In this document: one piece after another, positions 17,336 to 27,814 of the stretch
How positions within the stretch are numbered: the first letter of the stretch is position 1
How the letters are laid out: the number at the start of each line of letters is the position of its first letter
Assembly: GCA_001804315.1 (NCBI GenBank)
Contig: MHFT01000044.1
Location: 15,576-62,949 of the forward strand
Source: Omnitrophica bacterium RIFCSPLOWO2_12_FULL_50_11
Lineage (GTDB): Bacteria; Omnitrophota; Omnitrophia; Omnitrophales; Danuiimicrobiaceae
DNA: 47,374 bases
Direction: 5' to 3'
The notes under the pieces: generated by a model
Told to the model about the DNA's origin: nothing
Seen by the model: the letters and a program-made list of their open reading frames with translations, nothing else
Database searches by the model: none
Position numbers and translations under genes: made by a program

Positions 17336-19660
17336 ATGAATACGAGGGATACAGTAATGGGATTGGATCCATCTAAAAAGAGAAGCCGTGAGAGAGAAAA
17401 CCTAAGAAGTTGGTCGGATGAACTGGTGTCAGATCCGGTGATTCGAGCGGGGATGGATCGGATTCTTGCGTTCGAGGAAAAGGAACCTTGTGACTTTCTT
17501 GGTCCTCACCTGATGGATAAAGAAAATTCTGTGATCGTTCGGGCCTATTTGCCTAGAGCAAGCGAAGCTTGGGTTCAGTGGAATGGAAAGAAAAAAAATG
17601 GAACCATTTCGATGATGCGGGTTCGACCGGAAGGGATATTTGAAGCAATTCTTGAAGGGGAGAATAAACTTTATCCGTACGAAATTGGATTCACAGATGT
17701 GACGGGCGCAAAAGTGCAAGTGCAAGATCCCTACGCTTTTCGCGTCCAGCTGACGGGATCGGATCTCATGTTACTGGGCGAGGGGAATCACCTCAAGAGT
17801 TATGAAATATTGGGCGCCCATGTGAAGGTGATTGACGGTGTCAAAGGCGTTCACTTTGCGGTTTGGGCACCGAACGCCAAGAGCGTTAGCGTCGTTGGCA
17901 ATTTTAACCACTGGCAGCCAGGGACACATGCGATGACCAGAATCTCTTTTTCAGGTTATTGGGCGCTTTTTGTTCCCGGCCTCAAAGAAGGCGATCTTTA
18001 CAAATTTGCGGTGAGAGGGTGCGATGGTGAGATAAAGATCAAATGCGATCCGTACGGCTTTCAATGTGAGTTAAGGCCAAAGACGGCCAACGTAATCGCC
18101 TCGCTGGGGCGCTTCAAGTGGTGCGATGATTCATGGATGAAGAAAAGATTGGAGTGGAATTATGTGCGCGCACCAGTTTCCATTTACGAGGTCCATCTAG
18201 GATCGTGGAAACGTGATGAGAAAAGCGGCTGGGGTTTTATGAATTACCGAGATCTGGCCGAACAACTCGTCGCCTATGTTAAGGAGATGGGCTACACGCA
18301 TATCGAGCTCTTGCCTGTAGCGGAACACCCCTTGGATGAATCCTGGGGATATCAGGTGATAAATTATTTTGCCCCGACCAGTCGTTTCGGACGCCCCGAA
18401 GACTTTATGTACTTCGTCGACTACTGCCATCGCCATAATTTGGGCGTGTTGTTAGACTGGACACCGGGGCATTTTCCGCGTGATGCACATGGCCTCGCTC
18501 ATTTTGATGGTCGCGAGATTTATGGATACGAAGATTGGAAAAAGCGAGAGCATAAAGATTGGGGCACTTTCATTTTTGATTATGGCCGCAACGAAGTTAA
18601 AAATTTCCTCATTTCTAACGCCCTTTTTTGGTTGGATAAGTATCACATGGATGGCTTGCGGGTGGATGCCGTTGCCTCGATGCTTTATCTTGACTATTCG
18701 CGCGGCTCAGGCGAATGGGAGCGAAACGCATATGGAGGTAATGAAAATCTGGAGTCTATTTATTTTCTAAAAAGATTTAATGAAATTGTGCACACGGAAT
18801 ATCCTGGCGTGCTCACCATTGGGGAAGAGTCAACGGCTTGGCCGGGTGTGTCCAGACCCACCTATCATGGCGGCCTCGGCTTCAGCCTCAAGTGGAATAT
18901 GGGGTGGATGCACGATACGCTCTATTATTTTTCGCAAGATCCAATTTATCGAAAATGGCACCAGGGAACGCTGACCTTCTCAGCCTTGTATGCGTTCACA
19001 GAAAATTTTGTACTGCCGATTTCGCATGATGAGGTCGTGCATGGCAAATGTTCGCTCCTTGAGAAAATGCCGGGGGACGATTGGCAAAAATTTGCGGGCG
19101 TCAGGCTTTTTCTGACGTATATGTTTGCTCATCCGGGCAAGAAATTGCTCTTCATGGGCTCTGACTTTGGGCAACGGAGAGAATGGGATTGCAAATATTC
19201 TATTGATTGGCATGTTTTGAATTGGATTGGGCATGAGCAAATTCAGCTGTTAACGAAGGATCTCAACACGTTGTATCGAAAAGAGAAAGCGCTCCATGAG
19301 CTCGACTTTGAAGGCGCAGGTTTTGAGTGGATCGATTTCCAGGATAGCGACTCAAGCGTGATCAGTTTCATTCGGTGGTCGCGAGATCATAGAAACTGTA
19401 TCATTGCCGTGTGCAATATGACTCCTGTGCCGAGGCTTGGTTACCGCATTGGCGTGCCTCATCCTGGTTTTTACCGCGAGATACTAAATAGCGATGCATG
19501 TGAGTATGGGGGGAGCGGTGTGGGCAACCGGGGTGGCTTTGCAGCAGATCACAGTGCTTGTCATGGCAGACCGTATTCTTTAAATTTAGATTTGCCACCA
19601 CTTGGAGCAGTCCTTTTCAGGCATGAAGGTGAGCTCGGAGTCAAAACCGCCCACACGTGA
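17336..19660 (+). CDS. glgB: 1,4-alpha-glucan branching enzyme
   Basis: FAVWAPNA, IYEVHLGSW, WGYQ, DGLRVDAVASM, GEEST, SHDEVVHGK. Confidence 0.97.
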   Translation: MNTRDTVMGLDPSKKRSRERENLRSWSDELVSDPVIRAGMDRILAFEEKEPCDFLGPHLMDKENSVIVRAYLPRASEAWVQWNGKKKNGTISMMRVRPEGIFEAILEGENKLYPYEIGFTDVTGAKVQVQDPYAFRVQLTGSDLMLLGEGNHLKSYEILGAHVKVIDGVKGVHFAVWAPNAKSVSVVGNFNHWQPGTHAMTRISFSGYWALFVPGLKEGDLYKFAVRGCDGEIKIKCDPYGFQCELRPKTANVIASLGRFKWCDDSWMKKRLEWNYVRAPVSIYEVHLGSWKRDEKSGWGFMNYRDLAEQLVAYVKEMGYTHIELLPVAEHPLDESWGYQVINYFAPTSRFGRPEDFMYFVDYCHRHNLGVLLDWTPGHFPRDAHGLAHFDGREIYGYEDWKKREHKDWGTFIFDYGRNEVKNFLISNALFWLDKYHMDGLRVDAVASMLYLDYSRGSGEWERNAYGGNENLESIYFLKRFNEIVHTEYPGVLTIGEESTAWPGVSRPTYHGGLGFSLKWNMGWMHDTLYYFSQDPIYRKWHQGTLTFSALYAFTENFVLPISHDEVVHGKCSLLEKMPGDDWQKFAGVRLFLTYMFAHPGKKLLFMGSDFGQRREWDCKYSIDWHVLNWIGHEQIQLLTKDLNTLYRKEKALHELDFEGAGFEWIDFQDSDSSVISFIRWSRDHRNCIIAVCNMTPVPRLGYRIGVPHPGFYREILNSDACEYGGSGVGNRGGFAADHSACHGRPYSLNLDLPPLGAVLFRHEGELGVKTAHT

Positions 19661-19671
19661 GAAAGTAAGAA

Positions 19672-21705
19672 ATGAGTCCGGTGTCCACTCCTACGAAGCC
19701 TAAGAGGTTGTATCGGAAAGCATCTCTCACGCGTGCTGTGAAAAAGACAGAGCCGCCGCCGCTAGATCTTACTGCAGCAATTGTGATTGAAGACGTTAAG
19801 CCCCAAATCGACGGCGGCCTATATCCTGTGAAGAGCATTGTCGGCCAAGCGATCACGGTTCAAGCCACTATCTACCGTGATGGATGCCAAATTTTGGCGG
19901 CTTGCGTCAAGTTTAAAGAAGCGTCCCAGTCTGCTTGGCAGGAAGTACCTCTCGGGCCACTTGGAGACGATCAATGGCAGGCTACCTTTATTCCAACTAA
20001 GAACGCGCGTTACGTATACACCATTGAAGCTTGGTCGGATTTGATGGCAACGTGGCTGGATCGCACTGAGAAGAAAGGACGATGTGATCTCGCCATTAAA
20101 AGTGAGGCAGAGGAAGGACTTCACCTGTTGACTGAGTTGCAGGAGAAGTTGGAAAAGGAGGACCGACAACAGCTTGCGAAGTGGAGCAAACGCTTGTCTC
20201 GATCAGAGGGGATCAGTGAGGAGGTTCTAAGAATTATTCATGATCCGGAATTCCTTCGTTTGGTCAAGCAAGTGCCGCTCAAAAGCGAGACGAGCTCCTA
20301 TCGAAACTTGGAACTCGTGGTGGACCGTAAGCGGGCGGAGTACGGCTCGTGGTATGAAATGTTCCCACGGTCGCAGGGAACGATAACGGGCAAGAGTGGG
20401 ACGATCCGCGATTGCATCAGACGGCTTCCTGATATTAAGAGAATGGGATTTAATGTGGTTTATTTACCCCCGATTCATCCGATCGGCATGACTCATCGAA
20501 AAGGAAAAAACAACGCACTCACGGCGGACAAAACTTCGCCCGGATCACCCTGGGCGATCGGAAACGAAGAGGGCGGACACAAGTCGATTCATCCGGAACT
20601 TGGGACGATGGAAGACTTTGACGATTTCGTAGAGGCTGCGAACGATTTTGGAATTGAGATCGCTCTCGATTACGCGCTTCATTGCTCTGCGGATCATCCC
20701 TATGTGAAGTTACATCCAAATTGGTTTTACTCGTTGCCAGATGGATCCATCAAATATGCTGAAGATCCTCCCCAGAAGTACCTAGACATTTATCCGTTCA
20801 ATTTTAATTGCGGTGACAGGGAAGCACTATGGATCGAGTTAAAACGAATTCTCGAATTTTGGGTCGCAAAAGGGATTAGAATTTTTCATGTCAGTAATCC
20901 ACACATTAAGCCGCTTCGTTTTTGGCAATGGGTGATTTCTGAAATTCAACGAGATCACCCTGAGGTCATTTTTCTGGCCGAAGCTTTTACGGATCCTCAT
21001 CGGATGAAATTTCTTGCCAAAGCAGGTTTTACTCAGTCCTATACCTATTTTATCTGGCGCACTCACAAGTGGGAGTTGCGGGATTATTTGACCGAGCTGG
21101 TTGGTACCAACATGAGGGATTACTTTCGCGGAAATTTTTTTGTCAATACGCCTGACATCCTTCACGAATACCTCCAACGAGGCGGTCCGAACGCGTTCAA
21201 GATCCGGTTGATTTTAGCGGGTACGTTGTCGTCTTCGTATGGCATTCACAGCGGGTATGAGCTTTGCGAGAATACACCGCGTCAAGAGGCTTCGGAAGAG
21301 TATCTCGATTCCGAAAAATATCAGTACAAAGTCAGGAATTGGAATCGGTCGGGGAATATTAAGGATTTCATTGCGATATTTAATGGCGTGCGTGCTCGTC
21401 AGCCGGCGTTGCAACAATATAGGAACCTCAAGTTCTATCATACGTTAAATGACGACATTTTGGCTTATGGTAAATGGACGCCGGACATGTCCAATATTAT
21501 CGTCACTGTCGTCAACCTCGATCCATTTCATGTTCACGAAGACCTTCTTCATTTCCCTTTTTTGGATTTTGGCCTTCAGTTTTGGCAAACCTACCAGATG
21601 ATTGACCTCCTGACAGGGGCTAAGTATGACTGGAGAGGGGAACGTCAATACATAAGACTTGATCCCTACCATCAACCGGCACATATTTTTTTATTGCGGA
21701 AATGA
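19672..21705 (+). CDS. glgE: GlgE (maltosyltransferase, GH13_3) homologue with the catalytic nucleophile Asp replaced by Ser
   Basis: WYEMFPRS, YLPPIHPIG, GSPWAIG, FLAEAFT, NTPDIL, SEKYQ; but IFHVSNPH instead of IFRVDNPH. Confidence 0.88.
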   Translation: MSPVSTPTKPKRLYRKASLTRAVKKTEPPPLDLTAAIVIEDVKPQIDGGLYPVKSIVGQAITVQATIYRDGCQILAACVKFKEASQSAWQEVPLGPLGDDQWQATFIPTKNARYVYTIEAWSDLMATWLDRTEKKGRCDLAIKSEAEEGLHLLTELQEKLEKEDRQQLAKWSKRLSRSEGISEEVLRIIHDPEFLRLVKQVPLKSETSSYRNLELVVDRKRAEYGSWYEMFPRSQGTITGKSGTIRDCIRRLPDIKRMGFNVVYLPPIHPIGMTHRKGKNNALTADKTSPGSPWAIGNEEGGHKSIHPELGTMEDFDDFVEAANDFGIEIALDYALHCSADHPYVKLHPNWFYSLPDGSIKYAEDPPQKYLDIYPFNFNCGDREALWIELKRILEFWVAKGIRIFHVSNPHIKPLRFWQWVISEIQRDHPEVIFLAEAFTDPHRMKFLAKAGFTQSYTYFIWRTHKWELRDYLTELVGTNMRDYFRGNFFVNTPDILHEYLQRGGPNAFKIRLILAGTLSSSYGIHSGYELCENTPRQEASEEYLDSEKYQYKVRNWNRSGNIKDFIAIFNGVRARQPALQQYRNLKFYHTLNDDILAYGKWTPDMSNIIVTVVNLDPFHVHEDLLHFPFLDFGLQFWQTYQMIDLLTGAKYDWRGERQYIRLDPYHQPAHIFLLRK

Positions 21706-21835
21706 GATTTTTCCCTTTCGTTTCATTGTACCGGTTTGTTTGGACCTTGAGCCGGTCCAGCGTCTCATACCACCGTGTGATTCTGATCGTCTTCAAGGGT
21801 GAGCGATCATGAGTTCTTAAAAACAGGCGAACCGA

Positions 21836-24007
21836 ATGGGTGATGCAGTTCAAGCGATTCAAGATAAAAACGTAAGAGTACGGCCTGGTAGGTCGTATCC
21901 TTTGGGCGCCACTTGGGATGGCAAGGGTGTTAATTTTACTCTTTATTCGGAACATGCAACTGCCGTTGAGCTTTGTCTATTTGAATCTTCATCATCGACT
22001 CAAGAGTTCTGTAAAATACCGCTCATGGAACGAACGGGGCAGGTGTGGCACTGCTATTTGCCGGATGCTCAACCAGGCCAAATTTACGGGTATCGCGTGC
22101 ATGGTCCCTACCGGCCTCGATTGGGCCATCGGTTTAAACCGAATAAACTTTTACTTGACCCTTATGCCAAAGTCATCGTTCGCCCGATGAAATGGTCCGA
22201 CGAGATGTTTGGCTACACGTTTGGCCACCCAAAAGAAGACTTAGCGATGGACAATCGGGACAATGCTTGGTGTGCCCCCCTTGCCGCTGTCTTGGAGACG
22301 GGCAACTTCGATTGGGGCGATGACCGGGCACCTAACGTTCCCTGGCATGCGACCGTTATTTACGAAGTCCATATTCGAGGCTTTACGAAACTTCATCCGG
22401 ATATCCCAGAGCACTTGCGCGGCACTTATGCAGGCCTCGCTTCGGAACCGGCGGTCCGTCACCTGAAGGAACTGGGTGTTACTGCGGTCGAATTGATGCC
22501 GGTCCACTCGATCGTGAATGATCGTGCGCTCGTCGAGCGGGGTCTCAGAAATTATTGGGGATACAATACACTTTCGTTTTTCGCACCGGAACCTTATTAC
22601 CATTCTGGTGACAATCCATTCGATGTCGTGCGAGAATTCAAGCAGACGGTGAAATCGCTTCATGCGTCTGGTATCGAGGTGATTTTGGATGTCGTTTATA
22701 ACCACACGGGCGAGGGCAATCACTTGGGCCCTACTCTTTCGTTTCGGGGAATTGATAACCTCGCTTATTACCGGACGATGCCCAAGCACAAGCGCCATTA
22801 TGAGGATTTTACGGGTTGTGGGAACACACTGAATATGAAAAACCCAAGGGTCCTTCAACTCATTATGGACAGTTTGCGCTATTGGGTTGAAGAAATGCAT
22901 GTCGATGGCTTCCGTTTTGACCTCGCAAGCGCGCTCGCCCGTGAGCTCTATGAAGTGGATCGCCTGAGCTCCTTTTTTGATGTGATGATGCAAGATCCGG
23001 TTTTGTCCCAAGTGAAGCTCATTGCGGAACCATGGGACTTGGGTCCGGGGGGTTATCAGGTTGGAAATTTTCCTCACGGGTGGGCCGAATGGAATGGCAA
23101 GTATCGCGACACATTACGTTCGTTCTGGAGGGGTGACGGTGGAAAGGTAGCTGAATTTGCGACGCGGTTGTGCGGAAGCAGTGACTTATATGAAAGCAGC
23201 GGTCGAAAGCCGAGTGCCAGTATCAATTTTATTACAAGTCACGATGGGTTTAGTCTTAGAGATTTAGTCAGTTACAGCGAGAAGCATAATGAGGCAAATG
23301 GTGCAAACAATCAAGATGGCGAAAATTACAATTTGAGTTGGAATTGTGGTCATGAAGGTCCCGCGGAGGATGCGAAGATTAATGGGCTTAGGTGGCAGCA
23401 GATGCGGAATCTGATCGCAACTTTATTCCTTTCTCAAGGAGTCCCTATGATTCGTGCTGGCGATGAACTAGGTCAGACGCAGAAAGGGAATAATAACGCG
23501 TATTGCCAGGACACTGAAATCAGTTGGATCCATTGGAACTTGGCGCAAGACCAGAAAGATTTTTTGTCTTTTGTGCGGACGATGATTCAAATAAGACGGG
23601 AAAATGCTGTGCTCAGGAGAATGAAATTTTTCCAAGGCATGCCCATCCGGGGATCAGAAGTCAAAGACATCACCTGGTTTGATTCCTTTGGTGCCGAAAT
23701 GAGCGATGAAGATTGGGCTCAAGACTCGGTGCGATATCTTGGAGTCGTGCTTTCGGGTCAAGGGATGACGGAAGTCGATGAGCGAGGGCAACCTATTGCG
23801 GGTGACACATTGCTCTTGCTCCTCAACGCGGCTGAGGATCCCTTGCGGTTTAAATTACCTACCTTACCAGGGTCGGGCCGTGTCACGTGGGAATACAAAC
23901 TGGATACTGCTGTCGACCAACCTGTTCAACAGGTTTACACGAACGGTGATATCTATGATCTAAAAGGACACTCTGTGGTCGTCATGCGTCTCAAGGAAGC
24001 AACGTGA
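21836..24007 (+). CDS. glgX: glycogen debranching enzyme (isoamylase type)
   Basis: YPLGATWDG, NYWGYNT, DVVYNHT, DGFRFDLAS, AEPWD, SHDGF. Confidence 0.97.
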   Translation: MGDAVQAIQDKNVRVRPGRSYPLGATWDGKGVNFTLYSEHATAVELCLFESSSSTQEFCKIPLMERTGQVWHCYLPDAQPGQIYGYRVHGPYRPRLGHRFKPNKLLLDPYAKVIVRPMKWSDEMFGYTFGHPKEDLAMDNRDNAWCAPLAAVLETGNFDWGDDRAPNVPWHATVIYEVHIRGFTKLHPDIPEHLRGTYAGLASEPAVRHLKELGVTAVELMPVHSIVNDRALVERGLRNYWGYNTLSFFAPEPYYHSGDNPFDVVREFKQTVKSLHASGIEVILDVVYNHTGEGNHLGPTLSFRGIDNLAYYRTMPKHKRHYEDFTGCGNTLNMKNPRVLQLIMDSLRYWVEEMHVDGFRFDLASALARELYEVDRLSSFFDVMMQDPVLSQVKLIAEPWDLGPGGYQVGNFPHGWAEWNGKYRDTLRSFWRGDGGKVAEFATRLCGSSDLYESSGRKPSASINFITSHDGFSLRDLVSYSEKHNEANGANNQDGENYNLSWNCGHEGPAEDAKINGLRWQQMRNLIATLFLSQGVPMIRAGDELGQTQKGNNNAYCQDTEISWIHWNLAQDQKDFLSFVRTMIQIRRENAVLRRMKFFQGMPIRGSEVKDITWFDSFGAEMSDEDWAQDSVRYLGVVLSGQGMTEVDERGQPIAGDTLLLLLNAAEDPLRFKLPTLPGSGRVTWEYKLDTAVDQPVQQVYTNGDIYDLKGHSVVVMRLKEAT

Positions 24008-24134
24008 GGATGACGGCGACGACAAAAGCTGCTGGGCACCAAAAAAGAGCAAGAGAGAGGGACCGGTTCGATTGTTGGAACAAAAACTGTCCCCTTTCTT
24101 GTAGGGGTTTACGGCGATGGTATTGACAAAATAG

Positions 24135-25994
24135 AAGCCGGCTTTTACGCGCAAGCAGGATACCTCCGACCGTGATCTCTCATACCGTTTTTTTCTGCGT
24201 TCCCCTTCTGGGAAGCAGTGGCAACGTATCGGGATTAGGCGGCGTTCAGGGGTAGCGACAGCGCTTTTCTCGATCTTTTCCAGGAATTCGATCGGCGTTG
24301 GAGAAATCCCCGACCTTAAATTGCTTATCGATTGGTGCAAGAAGTGTGGTTTAAGTATGGTTCAACTTTTACCCTTAAATGACGTTGGCTTTCATTTTAG
24401 ACCCTACGATGCAGACAGCGCGTTCGCGCTTGATCCTATGTACCTCTCGCTCAAGGACTTAAAGGGGATCACTCTCGACGCCTTTCAGGGAGAGATAGAG
24501 ATTCTCAGGAGGCAGTTTCCAGGTGGCGGGGACAGAGTGAACTACGAAGTCAAAGGAGAAAAGCTGCGCGTGCTTTGGAATATTTTTCTTTTAGCGATTC
24601 AGAGAAAAAACGAAAGGTTTGAAGCGTTTAGAGCTACGGCAAAATATTGGTTGGGTGACTATGTGCTGTTTCGTGTTCTGAAGCAAGTTCACCATCAGAA
24701 AAGCTGGATGATCTGGCCGGAATGTTACCAAGACCGGGATCGTGAAGCGCTTGAGGAATTTCGTAAGCGGCATCGCCGCGCGATCTTATTTCATGAGTGG
24801 CAGCAGTGGCAGCTTTATGAGCAGATGAAGGCGGTTCGGCAATACGCCAGAGAAAATGGCGTCTTCCTCATGGGAGACTTGCCGCTTTTGGTGTCCGCTG
24901 ATAGCGCTGATGTTTGGGCGCATAGGCGTTATTTTGATCTCAGCCGGTTTTCAGGTGCTCCTCCCGATGCTTACTATGTCCAAGGTCAGCGTTGGGGCAT
25001 GCCGATTTACAAATGGTCCGAGATCGAAAAGGACCGCTATGAGTACTTAAAACAGAAACTTAAATATGCCGAAGAATTCTATGACCTTTATCGCATTGAC
25101 CACGCGGTGGGACTATTTCGAATTTGGGCCATTCCGCAAACAGAACCGGCCGATAATTATGGTTTAAATGGCTCCTTTGAGCCTCCGAACGAATCTGACT
25201 GGGAGAGGAACGGGGAGCGTCTTCTCGAACTCATCTTGGCAAGTTCGACGATGCTGCCTTGCGCGGAAGATCTTGGCACAATTCCAGTATGCACCTTTGA
25301 TGTCTTGAAGCGTCTGTGTCTCGCGGGCATGGATGTTCAGCGTTGGCAAAAGGATCCACAGAAAAACTACTCGTTCCTATTGCCGCAAGATTTTAGGAAA
25401 AACTCAATTGCTCTGCTTTCCAATCACGATATGTCCTCTTTTCGCGGCTGGTGGGAGTTTGAAGCGTCCACCGTGGACGAACTCGCTTTCGAGCGCGCTT
25501 GTAAGAAGGCAAATCTTTCCATTTCGGCCACCAAGCGTAAACTGTTTGATCTCGGCCGGTCGCGATACGACCGATTGCGATGGAAAAGCAATGTCAAAGA
25601 TGTAAAGACTTTGTGTGAGCAACTTGGTCTTGATGAGAGCGAAGCGGCCGAATTTATTTCCCTGTACCACCACAGTTTTGATGAGCAGGGCAAATATTGG
25701 CGTTTCTTGAGTATGAAGGGAGAACCCGTTCAGAAATGTTCTCCCAAACTGGTAGAATATGCCCTTAGAAAAGTCAATACGTCCGCTTCAATTTTTAGCA
25801 TCCAATTTCTTCATGATTGGCTTAGCTTGAATCCTGCTTTTAAAGTTGATTCTTGGAAGTTTCGGATCAACTTTCCTGCAACGGTCTGTGACGAGAATTG
25901 GTCAGTTACGATGCCGCTCTCGTTGGAATTGATGATCGGCCTCAAAATCAATGCAAAGATAAAGAAAATCAATGAAGATGCTGGACGCACGTAA
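24135..25994 (+). CDS. malQ: 4-alpha-glucanotransferase (GH77); start codon unresolved
   Basis: QLLPLND, GDLP, GAPPD, QRWGMP, YRIDH, AEDLG, NHD. The frame is open upstream of the ORF-track start, back to 24135, and encodes QWQRIGIRRRSGV..LFSI..IGVGEIPDL. Confidence 0.85.
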   Translation, partial: KPAFTRKQDTSDRDLSYRFFLRSPSGKQWQRIGIRRRSGVATALFSIFSRNSIGVGEIPDLKLLIDWCKKCGLSMVQLLPLNDVGFHFRPYDADSAFALDPMYLSLKDLKGITLDAFQGEIEILRRQFPGGGDRVNYEVKGEKLRVLWNIFLLAIQRKNERFEAFRATAKYWLGDYVLFRVLKQVHHQKSWMIWPECYQDRDREALEEFRKRHRRAILFHEWQQWQLYEQMKAVRQYARENGVFLMGDLPLLVSADSADVWAHRRYFDLSRFSGAPPDAYYVQGQRWGMPIYKWSEIEKDRYEYLKQKLKYAEEFYDLYRIDHAVGLFRIWAIPQTEPADNYGLNGSFEPPNESDWERNGERLLELILASSTMLPCAEDLGTIPVCTFDVLKRLCLAGMDVQRWQKDPQKNYSFLLPQDFRKNSIALLSNHDMSSFRGWWEFEASTVDELAFERACKKANLSISATKRKLFDLGRSRYDRLRWKSNVKDVKTLCEQLGLDESEAAEFISLYHHSFDEQGKYWRFLSMKGEPVQKCSPKLVEYALRKVNTSASIFSIQFLHDWLSLNPAFKVDSWKFRINFPATVCDENWSVTMPLSLELMIGLKINAKIKKINEDAGRT

Positions 25995-26035
25995 CCATGA
26001 ATCAAAGGGCGTAGCGCTGTCGGTACCGAAGATCG

Positions 26036-27742
26036 ATGCAATACATTAGAGACAATCGTAGAAAGATAGCTTATTTTTCAATGGAAATAGGGATCAACCA
26101 GGAAATCCGTACCTACAGCGGTGGTTTGGGTATTCTTGCAGGCGACACGATTCGCTCGGCTGCCGATCTGAGTATTCCCATGGTTGGCGTAACGCTCCTT
26201 TATCGAAAAGGCTATCTTCATCAGCAGCTTGATTCGAATGGGTGGCAAATCGAAGGGCCAGACGAATGGAAGATCGAAGAATTTCTCACCGAGCTTCCGA
26301 ATAGGATTTCACTTCGCATTGAAGGCCGGTATATTTACATTCGAGCTTGGCGTTATGAGGTGACCGGTGTCAGTGGCGATATCGTCCCTGTTTTTTTCTT
26401 GGATGCAGATTTGCCAGAAAACGCAGAGCGTGACAGGTTGTTGACTCATCACCTATATGGTGGCGGTGAGTATGAGCGCCTGGCGCAGGAGAAAATTTTG
26501 GGGATCGGTGGAGTGCGCATGCTCCGAAATCTGGGTTACACCGATATCGAACGGTTTCACATGAATGAGGGCCATTCAAGTCTTTTGACGCTTGAGCTTC
26601 TAGATTTAGAGGCAACCAAAAGAGGATCGAGTGAAATTAATTACAGTGATGTTGACGCAGTCAGGGACAAGTGTGTTTTTACGACTCATACACCCGTCAG
26701 TGCCGGGCACGACATTTTTGGCTTGGAGCTGGTGGAGCAAGTCTTGAGGCGGCAGGAATTCCGGAAGATGCCAGAAGTATTTTGTCATGAGGGGAAGCTC
26801 AACATGACTTATGTGGCCATGAATTTAAGCCGCTATATCAACGGTGTTGCGAAGAAGCATGGCGAAGTATCGAGAACGATGTTCAGCACCCATGACATTG
26901 ATTCGATCACGAATGGGGTTCATGTGAGCTACTGGACGAGTGTTTCTATGCAGGCGGTTTTTGACAAGTATCTGAAAGGGTGGAGAAAAGATAATTATGA
27001 GCTGCGGTACACGTTGAACATCCCGAACGAGGCCATTTGGAAGGCTCATCAAGAGGCCAAAAAAAAGTTGATCGCTCTCATCGGTGAGACCACTTCTCGT
27101 GTTTTCGACGCGGACGTGTTTACGATTGGCTTCGCGAGAAGATTCACGCAATATAAACGCGGTGATTTGATCTTTCATGACATGAATAAGTTGATACGGA
27201 TTGCTGAAGATTCAAAAGGCCTCCAGATCGTTTTTGGTGGAAAAGCTCATCCGCGGGATCAGATGGGCAAAGACATTATTCAAAGGGTGGTTCGTCATTC
27301 GAAAGTGAGAAGCGAGAAACTGAAGATCATTTTTTTGCCCGACTATGATATTGAGCTCGCGAAAATTCTGATCCCCGGCGTGGATTTATGGCTCAACACG
27401 CCGGAAGCACCGCTGGAAGCTTCGGGAACAAGCGGGATGAAGGCTGCCTTAAACGGCGTACCTTCCTTGAGCACGTTAGATGGCTGGTGGATAGAAGGTC
27501 ATGTGGAAGGGATCACCGGCTGGTCGATCGGTGAAGACGATAAGGCAAAGCCTCAAGGGGAGAGCTCACAGCGTCATGCCGAGTCCCTTTATGAGAAGCT
27601 TAAGACTAAAATTCTGCCCTTGTTTTATGGTCGTTTGGCGAATTACCAGCATATCATGCGCAATTCTATTTCTTTGAACGGCGCGTTCTTTAACACACAG
27701 AGAATGTTACAAGAGTACGTGTTGAAAGCATATTACCTTTAG
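26036..27742 (+). CDS. glgP: alpha-glucan (glycogen/maltodextrin) phosphorylase
   Basis: AYFSME, YSGGLGILAGD, HMNEGH, ARRFTQYKR, EASGTSGMKAALNG. Confidence 0.95.
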   Translation: MQYIRDNRRKIAYFSMEIGINQEIRTYSGGLGILAGDTIRSAADLSIPMVGVTLLYRKGYLHQQLDSNGWQIEGPDEWKIEEFLTELPNRISLRIEGRYIYIRAWRYEVTGVSGDIVPVFFLDADLPENAERDRLLTHHLYGGGEYERLAQEKILGIGGVRMLRNLGYTDIERFHMNEGHSSLLTLELLDLEATKRGSSEINYSDVDAVRDKCVFTTHTPVSAGHDIFGLELVEQVLRRQEFRKMPEVFCHEGKLNMTYVAMNLSRYINGVAKKHGEVSRTMFSTHDIDSITNGVHVSYWTSVSMQAVFDKYLKGWRKDNYELRYTLNIPNEAIWKAHQEAKKKLIALIGETTSRVFDADVFTIGFARRFTQYKRGDLIFHDMNKLIRIAEDSKGLQIVFGGKAHPRDQMGKDIIQRVVRHSKVRSEKLKIIFLPDYDIELAKILIPGVDLWLNTPEAPLEASGTSGMKAALNGVPSLSTLDGWWIEGHVEGITGWSIGEDDKAKPQGESSQRHAESLYEKLKTKILPLFYGRLANYQHIMRNSISLNGAFFNTQRMLQEYVLKAYYL

Positions 27743-27814
27743 GAATACTGAACCCCCAACGATTTCTTTCTCCTCCCTTTGATGCCGAAGTAAAGAGTTT
27801 TTTTGAGTGATCAT

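Noticed and set aside
24132-24134. Genome-wide TAG recoding
   Set aside because: aroB, glgP, groES and the RDD gene end at TAG at expected lengths, and long genes have no internal TAG.
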